Part shown: piece by piece, positions 40,554 through 48,010 of the stretch
How positions within the stretch are numbered: the stretch's first letter is position 1
Layout: each line of letters starts with the position of its first letter
Source of the DNA: an uncultured Actinomycetes bacterium
Lineage (GTDB): Bacteria > Actinomycetota > Actinomycetes > S36-B12 > UBA10799
Assembly (NCBI GenBank): GCA_964474045.1
Contig: CAYYRC010000006.1
Span: 33,262 to 97,261 of the forward strand
DNA length: 64,000 nucleotides
Reading direction: 5' to 3'
Program-made: the position numbers and the translations under genes
Notes under the pieces: model-generated
Seen by the model: only the letters and a program-made list of their open reading frames with translations
The model's database searches: none
Told to the model about the DNA's origin: nothing

Positions 40554-41972
40554 TCAGATCGCCGCGGAAGGCGTGGACAGCCCGAAGTCGCCTACCACCA
40601 GCGGCGGCATCGAGGTCCGGCTGAAGTAGTCGGCCCACTCGCGCGGCAGGCAGCGGACCGGGTCGCCGGCATCGACGATCCGACCCAGCAGGGCCATCGG
40701 CGAGTCGTTGAAGCGGAAGTTGCCGGCGCCGCCGACGACCCGCCCGTCGCGCACGAGATAGGTCCCGTCGCGGGTGAGCCCGGTGACGAGCATCGCCTGC
40801 GGGTCGACGTCGCGGATGTACCACAGGCTGGTGATGAGCAGCGCGTCGTCGGTACGCGCCACCACGTCGGCCAGGCTGCCCCAGCCGTCCGCGTCGTGCA
40901 GCGCCAGGTTGGCGGCCGAGGGTGCGAACGGCAGGTCGAGGTCCGCGGCCCCCGCGCGGGTGGTCATAAGCGCGGCCAGCTTACCCTCGGCCACCCAGTC
41001 CACGGCGTCGATCGGGGCCCCGGTGTCGAACACCGTGGCGGCGGCGCCGCTGGTGGGGGTCCACAACCGATCGGTTGCCTGGATCCCGGCGGCTTGCGGG
41101 TCTGAGCGCAGCGTCAGCGGTCGCGGCGACAGCGCCTCGCCCAGCATGGTCGGCGCCGCACCGGGGCCGCTGAACGGGCTGCGGCCCTCGGCGGCGTCAC
41201 GCGCCACAGCGGCCCACCAGAACACGATCATCAGGTCCGCGACGGCCGACGGCGTCAGGATGACCGTGCGCGGGGCTGCTGGGACGTCGACGCACTCCGC
41301 CTGCAGCCGCAGGCCCTCGCGCACCTCGGCGATCGCCCGCGGCACGTCGATGTCGGTGAGCAGGTCCGCGGCGGCGCCGCTCCAGGCGGAGCGGCGCCGG
41401 CCCTGTGACTTCGCCGAGACCTCGAAGCGCGCCGAGCGCTCCACCGCCCGCCAGCGCGCCCCGGCAGAGGTGCCGATGTGCTCGGTCAGCACGGACTGCT
41501 CGGCGTAGCCGAAGAACTCAAGGGGTCCCTCGCTGCTGCCGCCGCCGCCGCCGTCGGCGAAGGCGTCGGCGAGGGCAGGCAGTTCGGGCAGCATCGTCGG
41601 GCCGGCCGCGGGAAGGTCGAAGTCGGCGCTCCGGGCGCCCGTCGGCAACTCCGACTCCTCGCCGGCGGTCTGTCCTGCTGCCGCGGCCGCCGCCGCCGCT
41701 GCCTCCGCCTCGGCCAGCACGTGCGGCCAGTCGTCGACGGGGCCGCTGCGGGTGGCGATCGACTTGCCGCTGGTAGTGCTGCCGGGCGCCCCGACCACGT
41801 CTGCGATGGCTGTGATCGTCACCGTGCAGCTGCTTGCGAGGCCGTTCGTCGTGGCCATCGACAGCGCCCAGCGCAGGTTGGCCTCGTGTGCAGTCTCGAC
41901 CGCCACCACCGTGGCCGACCCGCTCGCGGCGGCCAGCACCTGCTCGACGACCGTCGCCGGCGACCCAGTCAT
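40554..41972 (-). CDS. PmbA/TldE-family metallopeptidase partner
   Basis: 472 aa, PmbA_TldD-like, no HExxxH motif. 4-nt overlap with the upstream tldD. Confidence 0.8.
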   Translation of the reverse strand: MTGSPATVVEQVLAAASGSATVVAVETAHEANLRWALSMATTNGLASSCTVTITAIADVVGAPGSTTSGKSIATRSGPVDDWPHVLAEAEAAAAAAAAAGQTAGEESELPTGARSADFDLPAAGPTMLPELPALADAFADGGGGGSSEGPLEFFGYAEQSVLTEHIGTSAGARWRAVERSARFEVSAKSQGRRRSAWSGAAADLLTDIDVPRAIAEVREGLRLQAECVDVPAAPRTVILTPSAVADLMIVFWWAAVARDAAEGRSPFSGPGAAPTMLGEALSPRPLTLRSDPQAAGIQATDRLWTPTSGAAATVFDTGAPIDAVDWVAEGKLAALMTTRAGAADLDLPFAPSAANLALHDADGWGSLADVVARTDDALLITSLWYIRDVDPQAMLVTGLTRDGTYLVRDGRVVGGAGNFRFNDSPMALLGRIVDAGDPVRCLPREWADYFSRTSMPPLVVGDFGLSTPSAAI

Positions 41973-43477
41973 GATGCCTCCCCGGATGCCGTGCGCAGCA
42001 CGTTGACGCCACTGAAGACGGCCGCCGGGCAGCCGTGGCTGACCGCCGCTACCTGCCCGGGCTGGCCCTTGCCGCAGTTGAGCGCCCCGCCCAACTCGTA
42101 GGTCTGCTCGCCGCCCAGGGCCACGAGACCGGCCCAGAAGTCCAGGGTGTCGCTCTGGTACGCGATGTCCTTGACCTGTCCCGCCAGGTGCCCGTTGCGG
42201 ATGCGCAGGAAGCGCTGGGCCGTGAACTGGAAGTTGCGCCTGCTCATGTCGATCGACCAGCTCTTGTCGCCCACGACGAGCAGACCGTCGGTCACCCCGG
42301 CGACGAGGGCTTCCAGGTCGCCGCCCCCGACGGCCGGCTGCAACGACACGTTGGGCATCCGCTGGATCTGGACGTGCCCCGCGTCATCTGCGTAGGCACA
42401 GCCGTTGGACGCCCCTGCGCCCAGCCGCGCGGCCCCCCAGCGGTCCAGCTGGTAGCCCACGAGCACTCCCTCACGCACCAGGTCCCATCGCCCCGCCGCG
42501 ACGCCCTCGTGGTCCCAGGCGACGGTGGACAGCCCCTGCGGCACTGTGCGGTCGCCCGTCACATGCATGAGCTGCGACCCGTAGCGCAGGCCTCCCAGCC
42601 CGTCGGGGGTGGCGAACGAGGTGCCCGCGTAGTTGGCCTCGAAACCGACCGCGCGGTCGTACTCGGTGGCGTGCCCGACGCTCTCGTGGATCGTCAGCCA
42701 CAGGTTCGACGGCGCGATGACCAGGTCGTAGCGGCCAGGCTCCAGCGCGGGGGCGGCGACCCGCTGCGCCAGGTGGTCGCCGAGCCCGGCGACCTCGGCA
42801 TCCCACGCTGGCTCGAGGGCGTACTCCCACCCGGCGCCCCTGGGCGCCAGCGTCGTGCGCATGTCCTCGAAACCGCCGTCGGTCACGGCGATCGCGGTGA
42901 CCTCCGGCTGACAGCGCACCCGCTGCTGCCGGGTCCGCGCCCCGGCCGAGTCGGCGTAGAACAGCTGTTCCTTGGCCGCGCTGAAGGCGGCGGCGGTGTG
43001 GTGGACCGCGGGGTGCCCCGCGCACGTCCCCGACCACTCCGCCAGCCGCGAGAGCACCTGCCCGTCGCCGACCTCCGTGGGGTCGCAGTCGTAGTCGCTC
43101 ACCCAGGTGCCGACATGTGCCGGCTCTGGGGCCAGCTCGACCGCCGGGCCCCCCAGCCTGGCGGTCGACCGGGCGAGGCCGATCGCCCGCACGACGCACG
43201 CCACCGCGGCGTCCGGGGTCAGCTCGGAAGTGGCTGCGAAGCCCCAGGCGCCGTCGGCGATGACCCGTATCCCGATGCCGGCCGAGCGCGAGGTCATGGT
43301 TACCTCGGGGGAGCCGTCGCGCAGCTGCACGTGCCGCTCCGACATCACCTGGACCCGCACATCGCACCAGCTGGCACCACCTTCCGCGGCGCCGGCCCCG
43401 GCCGCGGCCGCCGTCAGGGCGGCGTCGGCGATCGCGTCGAGCGGCAGCGCCGCGAAGGAGTCGTCGATCGGCCTCAT
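41969..43477 (-). CDS. tldD: TldD-family metalloprotease
   Basis: HESVGHATE (HExxxH) and the C-terminal GxC motif NCGKGQPG. Confidence 0.85.
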   Translation of the reverse strand: MRPIDDSFAALPLDAIADAALTAAAAGAGAAEGGASWCDVRVQVMSERHVQLRDGSPEVTMTSRSAGIGIRVIADGAWGFAATSELTPDAAVACVVRAIGLARSTARLGGPAVELAPEPAHVGTWVSDYDCDPTEVGDGQVLSRLAEWSGTCAGHPAVHHTAAAFSAAKEQLFYADSAGARTRQQRVRCQPEVTAIAVTDGGFEDMRTTLAPRGAGWEYALEPAWDAEVAGLGDHLAQRVAAPALEPGRYDLVIAPSNLWLTIHESVGHATEYDRAVGFEANYAGTSFATPDGLGGLRYGSQLMHVTGDRTVPQGLSTVAWDHEGVAAGRWDLVREGVLVGYQLDRWGAARLGAGASNGCAYADDAGHVQIQRMPNVSLQPAVGGGDLEALVAGVTDGLLVVGDKSWSIDMSRRNFQFTAQRFLRIRNGHLAGQVKDIAYQSDTLDFWAGLVALGGEQTYELGGALNCGKGQPGQVAAVSHGCPAAVFSGVNVLRTASGEAS

Positions 43478-43531
43478 GCGGCGAGCCTAGTCAACACCCA
43501 TGGGGGTCGCCTTTCCGTCTACTCTGCGGCC

Positions 43532-44038
43532 ATGCCGACACTCGTCCTGCTGCGTCACGCCAAGTCCGCCTGGCCGCCCGGGGTGCCGGACGACCAGCGG
43601 CCGCTGAACGTCCGCGGGCGCCGCGACGCGGTCGCGGCCGGATTGGTGCTGGCGGCACGGGAGTCGATCGACCTGGCCCTTGTGTCCCCAGCCCAGCGGG
43701 CGCGCGAGACCTATGCGCTGCTCGCGCCCACGTTGGGCGACGCGCCCGCCCCGACGTACGACGAGCGCATCTACGAGGCTGACCCCGCTGACCTGTTGGA
43801 CGTCCTGGGGGAGGTCCCGGCCGGCATCCGGCGGGTGCTGATGGTCGGGCACAACCCGGGGATCGAGATGCTCGCGCTCCGGCTGTCGCAGCCCCAGGAG
43901 ACGCCGGACTTCCTGCAGATGGTGACCAAGTACCCCACGTCGGGGATCGCCGAGATCGAACTGACGGGGGACTGGTCGCAGATCTCCACCTCGGCCGGCC
44001 AGGGCGAGCTGGTCAGCTTCGCGGTGCCGCGCGGCTGA
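43532..44038 (+). CDS. SixA-like histidine phosphatase
   Basis: LVLLRHAKSAW (RHA) and MVGHNPG motifs. 168 aa. Confidence 0.8.
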   Translation: MPTLVLLRHAKSAWPPGVPDDQRPLNVRGRRDAVAAGLVLAARESIDLALVSPAQRARETYALLAPTLGDAPAPTYDERIYEADPADLLDVLGEVPAGIRRVLMVGHNPGIEMLALRLSQPQETPDFLQMVTKYPTSGIAEIELTGDWSQISTSAGQGELVSFAVPRG

Positions 44039-44050
44039 CGCCTACCCGGG

Positions 44051-45223
44051 TTAGCGTCCGTCAGCCTCGTCGATCTCCTCGCGGGTGATGCCCAGGACGT
44101 AGAGCACAGCGTCCAGGTAGGGCACGTTCACCGTGGTGTCCGCCGCCGCGCGCAGGGCCGGTTTGGCGTTGAACGCGATCCCCAGCCCTGCCAGGCTGAT
44201 CATGTCCAGGTCGTTGGCGCCGTCGCCGATGGCCACGGTCTGCTCCAGCGGGATGCCGGCATCGGCCGCGAAGCGGCGCAGGGCCTCGGCCTTGGCCCGC
44301 CGGTCCACCACCTCGCCCAGGACGTTGCCGGTCAGGACGCCGTCGCGCACCTCCAGGGTGTTGGCGAGCGCGTAGTCGACCCCCAGCTCCGCGGCCAGCG
44401 GCTCCACCACGTCGGTGAAGCCCCCACTCACGACGGCGATCCGGTAGCCCAGCCGCTTGAGCGTCCGGCACAGGGTGCGGGCGCCGGGGGTGAGCCGCAC
44501 CGTGTCGCGCACCTGGTCAAGGGCGCTCGTCGGCACGCCGGCCAGCAGCGCCACCCGCGCTCGCAGGCTTTGCTCGAAGTCCAGCTCGCCGCGCATGGCG
44601 GCCTCGGTGACCTCGCGCACCTCCTCCTCGCAGCCGGCGTGCGCGGCGATCAGCTCGATCACCTCCTGCTGGATCAACGTCGAGTCGACGTCCATCACCA
44701 CCAGATGCGTTCCGCGCATGGCGAGGGCCAACGGCTGGACGGCCACGTCCAGGCCGCTGGCGGCGGACTCTGCGGCCAGGGCTTCGCGCAGATCCCGCTC
44801 CTCGGCCCCGGACACGGTCAGGCGCAGCACCACCAGCGGGTAGCCGGCCACCCGCTCGATCCGGTCGATGTTCCCGCCCAGGCCCGCGATCCGGCGGGTG
44901 ACGCTGCCCAGGGCTGCTGTTCCCAGCGGCTCGCCCATGACGGTGACGAGGATCCGCCCGCGCCGCCGTGCGTCCTGCAACGACGGTTCCTCGTCCACCG
45001 ACATCGTCATGTCGTGCTCCGCCGCGGTGCGCTGCACCGCCGCGACCGCCGTCGCGGGATCGTCGGCGTCCAGCAGCAGGCACAGCACCAGCTCGCCGCG
45101 GATGACGATCTGCTCGGCGTCGAGCACCTCGGTCCGGGTGGCGCGCAGGGACTCCAGCAGGTCGGCGGTGACGCCGGGGTGGTCGCGGCCGGAGAGGGTG
45201 AGGAGTACGGGGTTCATCGACAT
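44051..45223 (-). CDS. serB: Phosphoserine phosphatase with N-terminal ACT domains
   Basis: HAD motifs VMDVDSTLIQQE and AIGDGANDL. Two ACT-like repeats at the N-terminus. Confidence 0.88.
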   Translation of the reverse strand: MSMNPVLLTLSGRDHPGVTADLLESLRATRTEVLDAEQIVIRGELVLCLLLDADDPATAVAAVQRTAAEHDMTMSVDEEPSLQDARRRGRILVTVMGEPLGTAALGSVTRRIAGLGGNIDRIERVAGYPLVVLRLTVSGAEERDLREALAAESAASGLDVAVQPLALAMRGTHLVVMDVDSTLIQQEVIELIAAHAGCEEEVREVTEAAMRGELDFEQSLRARVALLAGVPTSALDQVRDTVRLTPGARTLCRTLKRLGYRIAVVSGGFTDVVEPLAAELGVDYALANTLEVRDGVLTGNVLGEVVDRRAKAEALRRFAADAGIPLEQTVAIGDGANDLDMISLAGLGIAFNAKPALRAAADTTVNVPYLDAVLYVLGITREEIDEADGR

Positions 45224-45284
45224 CGCAGCCTAGTGGCCGCCCAAGGCATCGCCGACGGTCGCGGTGCTGGGTTAGCCTCGCCGC

Positions 45285-46904
45285 ATGTCCGATGTGAGGC
45301 CACCGGGACGCTGGCCGCTGGTGCTCGCCGCGGTGGTCGCCCTGGTCGTGGCGGCCGGCCTGCTCGGCTACCGGCTGGTCGCAGGCGGCAGCGGCGGCAA
45401 CGGCGGCGACGAGGTGTCCAGGTCAGCCGGGGGACCTGCGCCAGCCGGACTCGACTGGCAGGCCTGCGCGGACGCGCCCGATCAGCAATGTGCCTTCTTG
45501 GTGGTTCCCGCGTCCTGGTCCGACCCGTCGGGCCGCACCTTCCGACTTCATGTGCGGCGGTTGCCGGCGCAGCCGACCTCGACCGCGGAGCCGGTGCTGG
45601 GGAGTCTGGTGATCAACACCGGCGGTCCCGGGATTCCGTCGAGCGCGTACGCGTTGGGGTCGCTGTCCGCGGCCGCGTCGCCGTTGCGCGCCAAGTTCGA
45701 CCTCGTCTGGCCGGACCCGCGCGGGACCGGACTGTCGGAGCCGACGTTGGTCACCTGCCCGCAGGAGCCGCTGCTCACTCGGCAGGAGCCGGCCGCCGGG
45801 GCGTTCACCTGGCCGCAGGTCACGGGTTTCCGGATCGGGCAGGAGGCGCCGCTCGGGGCGGAGTGCATGCGCCGCAACGCGGTCGACGGAAAGCTGTTGG
45901 GCACCCGGGAAGTGGTGCGTGACCTCGACGCCTTGCGGCAGGCGCTCGGCGACGACCAGTTGACCTTCCTCGGCTATAGCTACGGCACCCGCATCGGCAC
46001 CCAGTACGCGCAGGCGTTCCCCGATCGCGTGCGAGCCATGGTCCTCGACGGCAGCGTGGACCCCAGCGGCACGGTCATGGGCCTCGGGTCGACGTTGGCG
46101 GCCGGGGGTGTCGAGTCGTCGCAGTTCGTCCGGTCGTCGTTGCCGCCGGGCATGCAGGGCGTGTACGACGAGGTCGTGCAGCGGCTGCGCACCGAGGTGA
46201 TCGACGTCGACGGCGCGGTCACCACGCGGTGGACCTTCGGCTGGGACCTGGCCGCCCTGGCCGGCGGCCAGCCCAGTGCGGCGGCGAATGAGCAGATCTC
46301 CCAATTGCTGTGCGACCTTGCCCGCGCCGCGTCCTCGCCCCCCGGCCCATGCGCCGAACGCGGGCCCGTCGTCGAATCGTCGGCCGGCGCCTCGGATCCG
46401 CCGGTGTCGCTCAGCGACGTGGACGAAGTGTCCGGCGCCGGCGGCACCATGACCGGTGCGCCAGCAGAGCCCATGGCGCTCTCGCCGGCCAAGCAGTTGA
46501 TCAACTGCGCGGACCTCGCCGGGCGCCCCGACGCCGCGGCGCTGGCGTCGTTGATGCCGCCGGCCGATCAGCCCGACACCCCGCTGCCAGCCTCGGTGGT
46601 GCTCATGTACGTGCCGATGTGTTCGGGCTACCCCGAGGCCTGGGCCCCCATCGGGCCCATGACCCCGGCGGTGGACGGTCCTCCTCCGCTGTTCGTCAAC
46701 GGCACCGCCGACCCGGCCACCCCCATCGATGGCGCCCGGGCGATGCAGGCGTTCTTCCCCGGTGCCCGGATGGTCGCCCTGCCCACCGCGCAGCACGGGG
46801 TGTTCCCGGCCGCGGGATCGACGTGCGTCAACGCTGCTGTGACGAGCTACCTGCTGACGGCGGTGTCGCCCCAGGCGGACGTGAACTGCCCCGCGACCCC
46901 CTGA
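45285..46904 (+). CDS. Secreted alpha/beta hydrolase (tripeptidyl aminopeptidase / TAP-like)
   Basis: N-terminal TM/signal segment. Nucleophile elbow GYSYG. C-terminal LFVNGTADPATP. Confidence 0.75.
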   Translation: MSDVRPPGRWPLVLAAVVALVVAAGLLGYRLVAGGSGGNGGDEVSRSAGGPAPAGLDWQACADAPDQQCAFLVVPASWSDPSGRTFRLHVRRLPAQPTSTAEPVLGSLVINTGGPGIPSSAYALGSLSAAASPLRAKFDLVWPDPRGTGLSEPTLVTCPQEPLLTRQEPAAGAFTWPQVTGFRIGQEAPLGAECMRRNAVDGKLLGTREVVRDLDALRQALGDDQLTFLGYSYGTRIGTQYAQAFPDRVRAMVLDGSVDPSGTVMGLGSTLAAGGVESSQFVRSSLPPGMQGVYDEVVQRLRTEVIDVDGAVTTRWTFGWDLAALAGGQPSAAANEQISQLLCDLARAASSPPGPCAERGPVVESSAGASDPPVSLSDVDEVSGAGGTMTGAPAEPMALSPAKQLINCADLAGRPDAAALASLMPPADQPDTPLPASVVLMYVPMCSGYPEAWAPIGPMTPAVDGPPPLFVNGTADPATPIDGARAMQAFFPGARMVALPTAQHGVFPAAGSTCVNAAVTSYLLTAVSPQADVNCPATP

Positions 46905-46955
46905 CCCACCGTTCACTTGGGGGTTCAGGGGATGGCGGGGACGGATCAGCGCGGA

Positions 46956-47576
46956 TCAGCTCCAGCCCTTGGTCATGTGGAGCTCGAAGTTTTTGAAGTA
47001 GTCCGAGTCGCCGTGGCGCTTGCCGGTGAACGCCGCGCCCGCGATGGGGGACACGTAGTGGTGCACGGTGCCGACCCAGTAGGACTTCGACTGGTAGCTC
47101 ACCGACAGCCAGGGACAGCCCCAGGCCGGGTTCTCGCCGTCCACCTCGATGGCCTTGAAGACGCTGTTCTCCTTCGCGTCCTCGGCGCTGCGGAAGACGC
47201 GCAGCTGCACGTCGTCCACGCCGGCGAAGTTGCCCGTGTAGGCCTTGGACTGGCCGGGCTGCAGGGCGGTGGCGCTGAACCAGCTGGTGAAGACCTCGTG
47301 TTCGCGCACCCAGACCGTGCTGCCGGTGTCGTTGCGGAAGGTCACTCGGGTCCCCTTCGTGAACGAGGCGTCCGACTCCGTCTCGGCCGCGGGCGTCGCC
47401 GGTGCGGGCGCCGTGGCCGCTGGTGCCGGAGCGGGCGCCGTGGCCGCTGGCGCCGGAGCGGGCGCAGCTGGCGCGGCGAAGGCCGGGACGCTGGCGAGGC
47501 CGGCGATGGAGCCCGCGGCGAGCAGGGCCGCAGCTGCACGGCGTGCGAATCGCGTGGTCGTGGTGGTGGTTGCCAT
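46956..47576 (-). CDS. Secreted protein of unknown function, paralog A (signal peptide, Pro/Ala linker, 135-aa C-terminal domain)
   Basis: MATTTTTTRFARRAAAALLAAGSIAGLASVPAFA signal. GAGGAG RBS. 98/135 residues identical to 53611..54240 by hand alignment. Confidence 0.8.
   Translation of the reverse strand: MATTTTTTRFARRAAAALLAAGSIAGLASVPAFAAPAAPAPAPAATAPAPAPAATAPAPATPAAETESDASFTKGTRVTFRNDTGSTVWVREHEVFTSWFSATALQPGQSKAYTGNFAGVDDVQLRVFRSAEDAKENSVFKAIEVDGENPAWGCPWLSVSYQSKSYWVGTVHHYVSPIAGAAFTGKRHGDSDYFKNFELHMTKGWS
47398..47475 (-). repeat. 27-nt tandem repeat (about 2.7 units) encoding APAPAPAAT units in the paralog A linker
   Basis: gccggtgcgggcgccgtggccgctggt followed by gccggagcgggcgccgtggccgctggc, read directly. 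Confidence 0.85.
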
Positions 47577-47599
47577 GGGGTACTCCTCGTTGGTCGCTT

Positions 47600-47622
47600 C
47601 AGTGGTTGCTGCGTCCAATGTG
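47600..47622 (-). promoter_or_regulatory. 23-nt block identical to 54264..54286, 24 nt upstream of the paralog A start (5' UTR or core promoter)
   Basis: cagtggttgctgcgtccaatgtg on the plus strand in both copies, at the same distance from the ATG. Confidence 0.6.
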
Positions 47623-47657
47623 AGGGCGCCCCGAACCGACTTCAATGCCGTGCGAAC

Positions 47658-47693
47658 CGAAACCGTTTTCGACTCTGGTGGAAACCGATTTCA
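47658..47693. promoter_or_regulatory. Two 14-bp palindromic boxes, CGAAACCGTTTTCG (47658-47671) and GGAAACCGATTTCA (47680-47693), 22 bp centre to centre
   Basis: Read directly. The same pair occurs at 54322..54357 upstream of paralog B. Confidence 0.6.
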
Positions 47694-47959
47694 CGCTCGG
47701 GAGCCCCTCCTGACCACCGGACATGACGTCGGTCGATCCTCGGCCGGCAGGGCTTGACGGGATTGCTGTCCGTTCGGCTGACACCGGAGTCCCCTCCCCG
47801 GCCGGCGATGCGAACGAGAGCTGCGCGGGGACATCTACCCCGGGGTAGGTGCGGATCGTGGGTGCCAGGTCCGAATCCTCTTGGGGCAAGGCGAGACCTA
47901 CCCGGTGCTGGACCAGAATGGAGGTGTTGGACCAGGTTGGAGTTGCTGTCGGCCGCTGA

Positions 47960-47980
47960 GAACTCGTCAGCGACGAGTTC
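47960..47980. promoter_or_regulatory. Perfect inverted repeat GAACTCGTC-AGC-GACGAGTTC, 31 nt upstream of the deaminase-lipoprotein start
   Basis: Read directly. It could be an operator or a 5' UTR hairpin. Confidence 0.4.
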
Positions 47981-48010
47981 GATGTCAGTGTCGTGAGGTT
48001 GGAGCAGGCC

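Noticed and set aside
47658-47671. CGAAACCGTTTTCG resembles the actinobacterial LexA/SOS box (TCGAAC-N4-GTTCGA). This was tempting because uvrA and uvrC are in the window.
   Set aside because: The critical inner C/G of each half-site (GAAC/GTTC) is A/T in all four boxes. The boxes sit in front of secreted-protein genes, not repair genes.
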